From Nitrospirota bacterium (GTDB taxonomy: Bacteria; Nitrospirota; UBA9217): 33,717 bases of DNA. Shown here piece after piece: positions 24,748 to 33,131 of this stretch (the first letter of the stretch is position 1; the number at the start of each line of letters is the position of its first letter). The notes under the pieces were generated by a model. It was not told where the DNA came from. It ran no database searches and saw nothing but the letters and a program-made list of their open reading frames with translations. The translations under genes and the position numbers were made by a program. Location: the NCBI GenBank assembly GCA_041491325.1, contig JBGPUS010000002.1, positions 1 to 33,717 of the forward strand, given 5' to 3'.

Positions 24748-25689
24748 TTATCTTGTATACTTCTTCTCCGCCCTGATCAGAAACAGCTTCGCTGTCGCCA
24801 GCGTGATAAAGCTCATCACGAACAGCACGAGCGCAAGATAAAACAAAGACGAGAGGTAGATATCCTTGTCCGCCTCGGTGAACTCATTCGCCAGGGTCAC
24901 GGTGATGGTCGCGGCCGCGTCAAAAAACGACGTGGCGATCTTGTGATTGTTTCCGAGCACAAAGGCCACGGCCATGGTCTCGCCCAGGGCTCGTCCGAGT
25001 GATAGAACCACGCCGCCGAATACGCCGAGCTTGGAGTAGGGGAGGACGACGTTTTTGACCACCTCCCACTGCGTTGCGCCGACAGCGTAAGCGGATTCCT
25101 TCACGATATCGGGCGTGAGGTTGAAGGAATCCCGGGCAATGCTTGCGGTAAAGGGGATGATCATGATGGAGAGGATAATGCTTGCCGTGAGAAGGTCAAT
25201 CCCAAGAGGAGTGCCGCGAAACAATACTTCGAACAAGGGCAGCTTTCCGAGCGTGTTCTGGAGCCAGGGTTCGACGTATTTGCTCATGATAGGCGCAAGC
25301 GTGAACAATCCCCACATACCGTAGATAATGCTCGGGATCGCGGCGAGCAGTTCAATGGCCATGCCGATGGGCCCTTTCAAAAAGTTGGGCGCTACTTCCG
25401 TAACGAAGATCGCTATGCCGATGGCCACGGGCACCGCGATCAGGAGCGAGAGCGCCGTGGTGATGCAGGTGCCGTAAATATTGGCAGCCGCGCCGAAAGT
25501 CTCCTTGACCGGGTTCCAGTCCGTCGACGTCAGGAACTGTATGATTCCGAATTTATTGATGGCAAGCGACGATTCACGGATCAGGACCCAGAAGATGCCG
25601 ATAATAATGAATATGATCGAAAGCGACGCAACCGCGGTGATCACGGAGAAAGAAAAGTCGATGGGATTTTTTTTAGGGAATAATTCCAA
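24748..25689 (-). CDS. pstC: phosphate ABC transporter permease PstC
   Basis: Multi-TM protein with the EAA-like loop KESAYAVGAT. TTG start as given by the track. Confidence 0.9.
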   Translation of the reverse strand: MELFPKKNPIDFSFSVITAVASLSIIFIIIGIFWVLIRESSLAINKFGIIQFLTSTDWNPVKETFGAAANIYGTCITTALSLLIAVPVAIGIAIFVTEVAPNFLKGPIGMAIELLAAIPSIIYGMWGLFTLAPIMSKYVEPWLQNTLGKLPLFEVLFRGTPLGIDLLTASIILSIMIIPFTASIARDSFNLTPDIVKESAYAVGATQWEVVKNVVLPYSKLGVFGGVVLSLGRALGETMAVAFVLGNNHKIATSFFDAAATITVTLANEFTEADKDIYLSSLFYLALVLFVMSFITLATAKLFLIRAEKKYTR

Positions 25690-25733
25690 TATTCAAGCCT
25701 TTGCACGTCGGATAGACAGCATGGTCCCAGGGC

Positions 25734-25774
25734 ATAAAAACGGGGCAGACAGGCACATTATACCTATCCGCCCC
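25734..25774 (-). terminator. candidate intra-operon attenuator/terminator between pstS and pstC
   Basis: On the minus strand, GGGGCGGA..(16 nt)..TCTGCCCC forms a stem with 7 of 8 pairs, followed by GTTTTTAT. Confidence 0.4.
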
Positions 25775-25821
25775 TTGAGTGTCAAACAGTCTGCGGCAAT
25801 AAGCGAGGCTTTAGCGATATT

Positions 25822-26829
25822 TTATAAAATACCGTTTGATTTCCAGTAAGCCTTGATTTTGTCCTGGAGCGGCTTCGGCAGGGGCACGTAGATCAGTTCC
25901 TTTGCCTTGGTTGCGCCGTTTTTAAAGGCCCAATCGTAGAATTTCACCACTTTCATGTTGGAATCTTTTTTCTCTTTGGCAAGGAGGATGAACGTAGCTC
26001 CTGCGATGGGCCAGGCTTTTTTGCCCGGGGCGTTGTTGAGCCAAAGATAGAAATCCTTCTTCGGATCGAAGTTGCCTGTTGCCGCGGCATCTTCAAACGT
26101 ATCGAAACTCGGTTCCACGAAACGACCTGCCTTGTTTTTGAGAAGCGTGTAGGCGAGATTATTCTGTTTGGCATACGCGAATTCCACGTACCCGATGGAG
26201 TTCGCGGCCTGTTTCACGTAGTTGGCTACGCCCTCGTTGCCTTTGCCGCCGATGCCCGCGGGCCAGCTCACGGAGGTGTCCGAACCGACCTTATCCTTCC
26301 AAACCGCGCATACCTGGCTCAGATAGTCCGTAAAGATGGCGGTGGTGCCGGAACCGTCGGAGCGGTGCACTACGGTGATGTCGCTCTTCGGAAGGTTCAT
26401 CTTGGGATTAAGCTTAGCGATTTCCGGGTCCATCCAGTTCTTTATCTCGCCGAGGTAAATCTTGCACAGCGCGTTTGAATCGAGCTTCACTTCACCCGCT
26501 TTTACTCCGGGGATGTTGACGACAAGAACGACGCCGCCGATTACCGCGGGATACTGGAGCAGGCCGCTCTTGCTCAAATCCTCCGGTTTGAGCGGTTTGT
26601 CCGAGGCCCCGAAATCAACCGTTCTTTCCGTGATCTGCTTGATCCCGCCGCCGGAGCCGATGGATTGGTAGTTCAGCTTCACACCGGATACTTTGTTGTA
26701 CTCGTTCGCCCATGCGGAATACACGGGGTAGGGAAACGATGCCCCGGCGCCGTTCAGGATCTCCTCCGCGGAGCCGATTGATGCAACTGCCATTACTATA
26801 GTGAGTGCGAATGCTGCAACTTTCTTCAT
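25822..26829 (-). CDS. pstS: phosphate ABC transporter substrate-binding protein PstS
   Basis: Signal peptide MKKVAAFALTIVMAVASIGSA. Also GAGASFPYPVY, SIGSGGG and RSDGSGTT. AAGGAG RBS. Confidence 0.93.
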   Translation of the reverse strand: MKKVAAFALTIVMAVASIGSAEEILNGAGASFPYPVYSAWANEYNKVSGVKLNYQSIGSGGGIKQITERTVDFGASDKPLKPEDLSKSGLLQYPAVIGGVVLVVNIPGVKAGEVKLDSNALCKIYLGEIKNWMDPEIAKLNPKMNLPKSDITVVHRSDGSGTTAIFTDYLSQVCAVWKDKVGSDTSVSWPAGIGGKGNEGVANYVKQAANSIGYVEFAYAKQNNLAYTLLKNKAGRFVEPSFDTFEDAAATGNFDPKKDFYLWLNNAPGKKAWPIAGATFILLAKEKKDSNMKVVKFYDWAFKNGATKAKELIYVPLPKPLQDKIKAYWKSNGIL

Positions 26830-26869
26830 TACGTTTTTACCTCCTTAGTTTGGTGATTTGAGTGTCATA

Positions 26870-26917
26870 ATTTATACCAAGCTCATGTTACAATTATGTT
26901 ACAATTCTATTACATTG
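26870..26917 (-). promoter_or_regulatory. Pho-box-type promoter of pstS: three 11-bp-phased T(G/A)TTACA heptamers replacing the -35, 9 nt from a TATAAA -10
   Basis: On the plus strand: TGTTACA at 26886 and at 26897, TATTACA at 26908. The -10 element (minus-strand TATAAAT) is at 26870-26876. Confidence 0.55.
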
Positions 26918-26945
26918 CGATGAAATTTTTTGCAGCCTTTTGTTC

Positions 26946-27344
26946 TTAATTTACCGTCACATCCTTTTTCAAGGGCTCATACAGATACTGGCCGACCTTT
27001 TTCCGCAAAGCGGCGATGTTTCCCTTGCAGACGTACCCGCTGACGCCGCAGTTCGCCGCTATTTCCCGCAAACTTTCTTCATCGTTGGATGAATAGAACA
27101 CGATTGGGATCTTCGAGATATCGTGATTCGTAGCGAGCAGCGTCGCCAGCCTGTCTCCGGAAAGCGCGGGCATGTTGACGTCGAGCAGAACAAGATCAGG
27201 TTTAAGCGCCCGCACTAAGTTGGTCACTCCGAACCCGCTTCGATGGGCAAATACTTCAACGTGTTCATTCTGCAGCAGTTCCTTGGCCATGTAGAGGTGC
27301 AGTTCATCGTCATCGACCATCAATATTTTCTTTTTGTCCTGCAT
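26946..27344 (-). CDS. stand-alone response-regulator receiver protein (paralogue 1)
   Basis: MQDKKKILMVDDDELHL..DLVLLDVNMPALSGD..IPIVFYSSNDE..GYVCKG. The ATG at 27344 is preceded by GGGAGGAG. The track ORF N-terminal extension was trimmed. Confidence 0.85.
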   Translation of the reverse strand: MQDKKKILMVDDDELHLYMAKELLQNEHVEVFAHRSGFGVTNLVRALKPDLVLLDVNMPALSGDRLATLLATNHDISKIPIVFYSSNDEESLREIAANCGVSGYVCKGNIAALRKKVGQYLYEPLKKDVTVN

Positions 27345-27507
27345 GGAAGCTCCTCCCTTCGTCCGCATATAGTTTGCAATGGCGGAAACGTGGTACACGT
27401 CCCGCAAAAAAGAAACAGCTCGATGCCCCTTGGTCCTGCGTCGTCTCGGCATCCTCCCCCCCTTTACTATTTATTAAAAAACATCTTTCGGCGGAGGTTT
27501 CCAGCGG

Positions 27508-27930
27508 CTACATGATTTTAGTCAAAATATGTTCATAAAGCGGCGTGGAGACCTGCTCGCTGAGATACGTATTGACCCTGTTTTTTAGTTCCGCAATGTC
27601 TCCTTTGCAGATGTAGCCCTTGGCGCCGTGCCGGGAAGCCAATTCCCTCAAGCTGTCCTCGTCATTCGATGAATAAAAGATAAACGGGGAATGACGCCAC
27701 CGCAGCAGCTTTGCCAGCTTGTCGCCGGACAGCCCCGGCATATTGACGTCAAGCAGAATGAGGTCGGGCTGGAGTTCCCGCACGAGGTTCGTTACGCCGA
27801 TCCCATATTTGCTTTTGTGCGTGATAACTTCGATGCGATCGTCCTGGAGCAGCTCCTTGGTCGTATAGAGGTGCATTTCGTCGTCATCGACCACAAGTAC
27901 TTTCTTCTTTATGCTTTTCTTATTCTGCAT
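27508..27930 (-). CDS. stand-alone response-regulator receiver protein (paralogue 2)
   Basis: KKKVLVVDDDEMHL..DLILLDVNMPGLSGD..FIFYSSNDE..GYICKG. 11-nt overlap with the upstream kinase gene. Confidence 0.88.
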   Translation of the reverse strand: MQNKKSIKKKVLVVDDDEMHLYTTKELLQDDRIEVITHKSKYGIGVTNLVRELQPDLILLDVNMPGLSGDKLAKLLRWRHSPFIFYSSNDEDSLRELASRHGAKGYICKGDIAELKNRVNTYLSEQVSTPLYEHILTKIM

Positions 27931-29125
27931 TGTAGAGCCCTCCTTGTCTTTCTATGTTTTGCAGCGGGAGAGCGACGGTGAACGTAGTCCCTTTTCCGAA
28001 AACGCTCGACACCGAGATCGAGCCCCCGATGAGTTCGGCGAAGTTTTTGCTGATCGTCAAACCGAGTCCCGTGCCTTCGTGCTGTTTGGTTTTGGCGTCT
28101 TCTATCTGGCCGAAAGCGGTGAACAACTTGTCGAGATGCTCTTCTTTAATGCCCATGCCCGAGTCAGTTACGGCGATTTCCAGCTTGTTGCCGATTATGG
28201 AAAGCGTTACGGCAATCGTCCCGGATTCGGTGAACTTTGCCGCGTTGCTCGCGAGGTTCATGACGATCTGCCTCAGTTTGATGGGGTCCGTCGTGACCAT
28301 GATAGGCGTTGCGGGCGCCGAGACCGTAACGCTCACCGGCTTTTTCCCCACCAGTATGCGCGTCGTCTCCGCGACTTCGGCGACGATCGCCGAGGCATTG
28401 ACCGTCTGGAACACGACGTCCATTTTCCCCGCTTCTATTTTCGATAAATCGAGAATATTCGTGATGATCGCCCGAAGATTGGCGGCGCTTGATATCATGA
28501 ACGCGAGCCGCTCTTTTATCTGCTCCATGGAATTTTTTTCCGCGGCCATGCGAAGCAGTTCGGCAAGCCCGATAATGGCGTTTACCGGCGACCTGAGTTC
28601 GTGGGTGACGTTCGCGAGAAACTGGGACTTTACCTGGCTGATCTTTTCGAGTTCCTGCGCCCGGGCGCTCGCTATTTCTTTCTGAAGAATGTTGTTCGCC
28701 AGGGCGTTGCTCTGCTGGATCACGAGCTGCTTGATCGACAGCAGGCCCCGGTAAGACCCGTCCGGATAGACGACGATGATTTCATCGTAGATGTCCTGCG
28801 GCGGCCGCTCCAGGGCCATATCGATCACCTCATGGAGCGGTTTATTCTCGGGGACGATCAGCGGAGTCTTGTCCGCTATCGATAGGATCGGATTTTTTCC
28901 GTACAACTCGAAGCCGAACCTCCGAAACATCGCAAAGAGCAGCTTGGTGCGCGTAACGAGGCCCACCGGCTTTTTTTCTTCTACCAGGGCGATCGCGTCC
29001 AGCGTTGTGGTCGAGAAAAACCGTTCCGCTACGGTGTTCACGATGGTCTGGGGCAGTTCCAGCTCCGTCGAGGTGATCAGTTCCCCGACCGGGATTGCGT
29101 GGTCCTGTACAATTACAGACTGCAT
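27920..29125 (-). CDS. cytoplasmic sensor histidine kinase with an N-terminal CBS-pair-like domain
   Basis: No TM segment. The first 140 aa or so look like a CBS pair by pattern only. H-box FLANVTHELRSPVNAI, N-box NLASNAAKF, G-boxes DSGMGI and GTGLGL. Confidence 0.88.
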   Translation of the reverse strand: MQSVIVQDHAIPVGELITSTELELPQTIVNTVAERFFSTTTLDAIALVEEKKPVGLVTRTKLLFAMFRRFGFELYGKNPILSIADKTPLIVPENKPLHEVIDMALERPPQDIYDEIIVVYPDGSYRGLLSIKQLVIQQSNALANNILQKEIASARAQELEKISQVKSQFLANVTHELRSPVNAIIGLAELLRMAAEKNSMEQIKERLAFMISSAANLRAIITNILDLSKIEAGKMDVVFQTVNASAIVAEVAETTRILVGKKPVSVTVSAPATPIMVTTDPIKLRQIVMNLASNAAKFTESGTIAVTLSIIGNKLEIAVTDSGMGIKEEHLDKLFTAFGQIEDAKTKQHEGTGLGLTISKNFAELIGGSISVSSVFGKGTTFTVALPLQNIERQGGLYNAE

Positions 29126-29195
29126 AGCTCCTCCTTATGACGTTCGCGCTCGTTCCGTAACGTTTCGCGTAAAATTGCGAGCATTTCCCGGTTCA

Positions 29196-30275
29196 TCACG
29201 CCGCCTCGCGGGCGGAGCTGTTCGCCAAGGGAAAGGACAGAGTAAATGCGCTTCCTCCGCCTTGCTCGCTGACGGCAGTGATGCTTCCTCCCATCGCTTC
29301 GATCAGAAGCTTTACGATATAGAGCCCCAAGCCGGCCCCCTTGATCAGTTCACTCCCCGGGGCGCGGTAGAATTTATCGAATATGAAAGGCAGTTCGTGA
29401 GGAGGTATCCCGCAGCCTTCATCCCGGACCGTGACGTGTATTCGGTCCTTGAAGACGTTCACGGAGTTCCATATCCTGCCGTCTTCCCGGTTATACTTCA
29501 CGGCGTTGGAGATCAGATTCACCAGCACTTGTCTGGCCGCGGACCTGTTGGCGCTGACCAGGACCGGCGCGCTTTTGGGTCCCTGGAGCTCGATATTTTT
29601 TCGTTTTGCGTTGTCGCGGAACATTGCCGCGGCGTCATTCATTATCTCGACAATATCGACCGCCTCGACAGGCAACGGGCCTCCGGCCTTTTCAAGCCGC
29701 GTGAGAAGCTCGGTGTCATTCAGGAGACTTTCCGCGTGAACGGCCGCGGTGTTGATCGTTCTCATATAATTGTGTTCAAGGCCCTGCTGGAGCGCGAGCG
29801 ACGAAAAACCGCTGATCGCGTTCAGGGAATTTTTCATTTCATGGACCAGGTAGCACAATGAATTTTCCTTCTCCTGTTCCCTGACATGGCGCAGTTTCAA
29901 GGCCTGCCGACGGTCGATATATTTTTGTATTTTAAGCAGCAGTTCCTTGACGGAGAAAGGCTTCGCCATATAATCGTCGGCGCCGAGGCTCAACCCTTTG
30001 ACGCGCGCCTCCTCCTCCGACAGGGCCGACAGCATGATGATTGGCAGGTTTCTTCCCTTCGTACTTTCCCGCAGGATTCGGCATACTTCATACCCGTTAA
30101 GCCCCGGCATCATAACGTCCAGGAGCGCAAGGTCCGGCTCATGGCATTGGACCGCGTTCACGGCCTCCTCCCCGCTGCGCGCAATGATGGGCTCATAGTC
30201 CGCCTTCAGCAGATTGTAGCGGAGCAGTTCGACCATATCGTGTTCATCATCGACAATGAGAACTTGTTCGTTCAT
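29196..30275 (-). CDS. receiver-modulated histidine kinase (N-terminal REC, then HisKA and HATPase_c)
   Basis: REC: VLIVDDEHDM..DLALLDVMMPGLNG..IIMLSAL..YMAKPF. Kinase: YLVHEMKNSLNAI, NLISNAVKY, DEGCGI, GAGLGL. Start set at MNEQ (30275). Confidence 0.88.
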   Translation of the reverse strand: MNEQVLIVDDEHDMVELLRYNLLKADYEPIIARSGEEAVNAVQCHEPDLALLDVMMPGLNGYEVCRILRESTKGRNLPIIMLSALSEEEARVKGLSLGADDYMAKPFSVKELLLKIQKYIDRRQALKLRHVREQEKENSLCYLVHEMKNSLNAISGFSSLALQQGLEHNYMRTINTAAVHAESLLNDTELLTRLEKAGGPLPVEAVDIVEIMNDAAAMFRDNAKRKNIELQGPKSAPVLVSANRSAARQVLVNLISNAVKYNREDGRIWNSVNVFKDRIHVTVRDEGCGIPPHELPFIFDKFYRAPGSELIKGAGLGLYIVKLLIEAMGGSITAVSEQGGGSAFTLSFPLANSSAREAA

Positions 30276-30446
30276 TCGAGGCGCCGTCCTTTCGCAATGT
30301 CGCATACTCTAAAAGCAGTTAACCACACCCTGCACTCGTTTATGGCCGCGCTTTCGCAAGAGCAGGCTACGTATACACACCCTACATTCGCGCTTCGCAC
30401 TCATATGCGTTGGGTGCAGGCTCGTAAACGCCGGGCGCAGGCAGAT

Positions 30447-30582
30447 GACCACGGATAAACACGGATAATTCAAATACATAAATCAAGATCCTGTCTCTCG
30501 TGGCAGGTGAAAACCCTAATGCAACTAAATTAGCGATTTTGCTTTTCATCTGTGTTTATCCGTGGTTCCAACCGCCGTTCTT
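30447..30582. repeat. inverted pair of repeat family 2 copies flanking about 82 nt (MITE-like, or a long RNA hairpin)
   Basis: GACCACGGATAAACACGGATAA (30447-30468) against TGTGTTTATCCGTGGTT..CAACCGCCGTT (30551-30582). The 15-nt core ACCACGGATAAACAC is exactly complementary to GTGTTTATCCGTGGT. Confidence 0.6.
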
Positions 30583-30590
30583 AGACTGTC

Positions 30591-30634
30591 AGTATCGCAA
30601 TTGTTTGTTACAGGCGTATGACAGCAGTGTTAAA
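30591..30634 (-). promoter_or_regulatory. second Pho-box-like triple heptamer with the same 9-nt spacing to a weak -10
   Basis: TGTTACA at 30606, TATGACA at 30617, TGTTAAA at 30628, in 11-bp phase. The minus-strand sequence GATACT (30591-30596) lies 9 nt away. Confidence 0.35.
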
Positions 30635-30687
30635 ACTCGGTTAAAAAAGACCTGGGGGCCGCCCGGAACCGCCGCAAAGCGGTCCGG

Positions 30688-31104
30688 TCACCGGCCGCGG
30701 TGCGCGTCTTTCGCTGACGCACTCAAAAATTCCGCCACCTTTTTCCGCAGATTGCCGTGGTCCCCTTTGCAGATGTACCCCTTTACGTCGCAGGTCGAGA
30801 CGATTTCCCTCAAGGCGTTCTCATCATTCGATGAATAGAAGACGATAGGGATATGGCTCGTCTCATCCCTGCTGCGAAACATCACCGCCAGCCTGTCGCC
30901 GGAAAGTCCCGGCATATTGATGTCGATAAGAACGAGATCCGGATGAAGCGTTTTCACGCGGTCCATCACGCCGAACCCGTTACGGTGGGTAATCACTTCG
31001 AACTGATCGTCCTGGATCAGCTCCTGGGCGATCTGAAGGTGCATTTCGTCATCGTCAACCACCAAAATCTTCTTTTTGTTCTCAGCTGTATGCATTTCCG
31101 TCAT
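30688..31104 (-). CDS. stand-alone response-regulator receiver protein (paralogue 3)
   Basis: KKKILVVDDDEMHL..DLVLIDINMPGLSGD..IPIVFYSSNDE..GYICKG. The ATG at 31104 lies 8 nt after GGAG. An alternative TTG start is at 31122. Confidence 0.85.
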   Translation of the reverse strand: MTEMHTAENKKKILVVDDDEMHLQIAQELIQDDQFEVITHRNGFGVMDRVKTLHPDLVLIDINMPGLSGDRLAVMFRSRDETSHIPIVFYSSNDENALREIVSTCDVKGYICKGDHGNLRKKVAEFLSASAKDAHRGR

Positions 31105-31196
31105 GGCGCGGTCTCCGCTCAATATGCAATACTTTCATTGATGCCGGCCGGGGCAACACCGGTGTAACCGCCTTCAGACATGTTTCGGTTGTGATT

Positions 31197-33047
31197 TTAT
31201 GCACAGGTTGCATAGAGCTCACGGGTCATCGCTTTATGATGGGACAGAAACCGTTGCGCTCCTTCCTTGCCCAGGTATCGGTCCAGCATTCGCGGTTCGG
31301 TCCGCGTGAGGTCGACCAGGATCAGCCCATCGAGCACATTGCCGAATCCAGGATCGACATTGAAACCGGCGAGTTGTCCTCCCAGCTTCAAGTATTGCTT
31401 CAGCAGGACCGGCATTCCCTTGCGGTCAGGCTCAATGGTGGAGATCAGTTCCGAGATGTCTTCCACGTCGTTATTCATCATCCGCACGGCGGCATCGAGG
31501 TCCCACCCTCTGAGCGCTTTCGTCCGGAGTTGTCTCCGGGGACGCACCAGGGCCGCCATATCCGCCCGGTACCTGGAGGTTTTAAGAAAGTTGACGATAA
31601 GCTGTTTGGACAGCGCCTGGTAATCATCGGCAATGCTGACCGGGCCGAAGAGAGTCTTATATTGGGGATTGTCCACGACGAAACGTCCGATGCCCTTCCA
31701 GAGGAGCAACAGCGGCGCAAAAGACCGTTGGTATTCGGGGCGGATAAACGACCGTCCCATTTCCAGGGCTGGGCCGAGGCGATCAATGAACTCCGGCTTG
31801 AATTGGAAGAGAGTGCTGGTATAGAGCCCGTGCAAGCCGTGCTTCTTCACCAGCTCGTCCGTGCGTCCGAGCCGGTACGCGCCGATCACTTCCTGCTTTA
31901 CCCGGTTCCAGATGAACAGATGGACGTAAGAAGCATCGAACCGGTCAAGATCAAGGGCCTTGCCCGTTCCTTCGCCTACGGGACGGAACGTGAGTTCCCG
32001 GAGCCTGCCGATTTCGATCAGGATGTTCGGAACCTGGTCAGCGGTCGCCTGGATCACGACATGGTCACCGTTCTCAACGAGCGTTTGGCTTGGAAGAAGC
32101 TGCCGGAGCTCTTCGGCCATTACCTCGGAGTTCCGCGGAAGCAGGATAGGCATCCCGGGATCTTTCTCACGCATGAAGGGAAGCTTTTTGATTCCGGTCC
32201 CGGTTGTTCGGCTGTCGCGGAGGTCCAGGATATACGTGCGCAGCCTGAGGTATTCCGTCATGTCCCGATCCAGTTCAAAGGACTTCAATTTATCGAAAGG
32301 GATGAGCTCGCCGACCCTCACCTGGAGTACTTTGCGGCCTTTATTGAAAAACTCTTTCGGCAGCATGGCGGTGCGAAGGAACGGATGCACCATGCCCGCC
32401 ATATGGAAGGCCGCGCTGTTGGTCCCCTGGAAGAATACGGGTAGCACGGGCGCGCCGGTCTTTCGGATAATGCGGGCAATGCTTTGGTTCCACGAGGGAT
32501 CGGTGATCGCGCCTTTCCGGGCATCGAAGTGAGAGACCGCGCCGGCGGGAAAAACCACGAGCATGCCGCCGTCCTTCACCCACTGGATGGATTCCCTGAT
32601 CGGCCTGATGTTGTCGCGTATTGACGTTGCTCCCTGAAAGGGGTTCACCGTGATCAGCAAGTCCCGTATCTCGGGGATTACATTCAGCATGTAGTTTGCC
32701 ATGAACTTGACATCGCAGCGCATGGAACGGAGGATCGAGGCCAGGATGACGGTTTCGATGCCACCGAAAGGGTGGTTTGCCACGACGATCGCGGGACCGG
32801 TGGTGCTCATGATCCGGGAGAGGTCCGCATCCGGAAGATCATACGATACGCCCAACCGGTCCAATATTTTGTCCCAAAAGGGGCGTTTGTCATTCATCCC
32901 GCTGACATCATTGTAGAGCCGATTCATACGGGGGAAATCGAGAGCGTGTTCGAGCGGACCTTTTACCATGGAAAACAATTTGTTCTGCAGTGGATCTTTA
33001 AAATCGAGTTTCAGGTTGAAAAGCCGGTTCGGCTGGGTTTGTTGCAT
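31197..33047 (-). CDS. bifunctional acyltransferase: N-terminal PlsC-type O-acyltransferase plus C-terminal OlsB-type (GNAT-like) N-acyltransferase; OlsF-like aminolipid synthase
   Basis: N-terminal half: IVVANHPFGGIET..VVFPAG. C-terminal half: HLFIWNRVKQEVIGAYRLGR..GLYTSTLFQF..LEMGRSFIRPEYQR..LLLLWKGIG. AAGGAGG RBS. The CDS call is firm; the function call has confidence about 0.6. Confidence 0.85.
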   Translation of the reverse strand: MQQTQPNRLFNLKLDFKDPLQNKLFSMVKGPLEHALDFPRMNRLYNDVSGMNDKRPFWDKILDRLGVSYDLPDADLSRIMSTTGPAIVVANHPFGGIETVILASILRSMRCDVKFMANYMLNVIPEIRDLLITVNPFQGATSIRDNIRPIRESIQWVKDGGMLVVFPAGAVSHFDARKGAITDPSWNQSIARIIRKTGAPVLPVFFQGTNSAAFHMAGMVHPFLRTAMLPKEFFNKGRKVLQVRVGELIPFDKLKSFELDRDMTEYLRLRTYILDLRDSRTTGTGIKKLPFMREKDPGMPILLPRNSEVMAEELRQLLPSQTLVENGDHVVIQATADQVPNILIEIGRLRELTFRPVGEGTGKALDLDRFDASYVHLFIWNRVKQEVIGAYRLGRTDELVKKHGLHGLYTSTLFQFKPEFIDRLGPALEMGRSFIRPEYQRSFAPLLLLWKGIGRFVVDNPQYKTLFGPVSIADDYQALSKQLIVNFLKTSRYRADMAALVRPRRQLRTKALRGWDLDAAVRMMNNDVEDISELISTIEPDRKGMPVLLKQYLKLGGQLAGFNVDPGFGNVLDGLILVDLTRTEPRMLDRYLGKEGAQRFLSHHKAMTRELYATCA

Positions 33048-33090
33048 TGAGGTTCCTCCTTCTTGATGAATAATTATAAATCTCCCCTTG

Positions 33091-33131
33091 CCCCTCTTTG
33101 TTAAAGAGGGGTGTTCCCTTTGGAAAAGGGA
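33091..33131. repeat. two adjacent perfect hairpins (REP-like) between the glycosyltransferase and the acyltransferase genes
   Basis: CCCCTCTTT-gtt-AAAGAGGGG (33091-33111) and TCCCTT-tggaa-AAGGGA (33115-33131). Confidence 0.6.

Noticed and set aside
28791-29861. 356-aa plus-strand ORF across the two histidine kinase genes
   Set aside because: It is antisense to two kinases with complete H, N and G boxes, spans their intergenic gap, and has no recognisable domain.
27920-30275. Either histidine kinase being PhoR, or a receiver being PhoB
   Set aside because: PhoR has TM segments and a PAS domain, and PhoB has a winged-helix output domain. Here one kinase is soluble with a CBS-like sensor, the other is REC-fused, and all stand-alone receivers lack a DNA-binding domain.
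12641-30582. Possible CRISPR array or mobile element behind the recurring motifs
   Set aside because: The repeats are few, dispersed over many kilobases and not regularly spaced with unique spacers. No cas, transposase, integrase or recombinase gene is present in the window. They are treated as REP/MITE-like intergenic repeats only.
30500-30838. 112-aa plus-strand ORF in the 380-nt gap running into receiver paralogue 3
   Set aside because: It starts inside the family-2 repeat, overlaps the receiver gene in antisense, and has no RBS or domain signature.
31191-32444. 417-aa plus-strand ORF antisense to the OlsF-like gene
   Set aside because: It is a shadow ORF. The minus-strand frame carries both acyltransferase motif sets and an AAGGAGG RBS.
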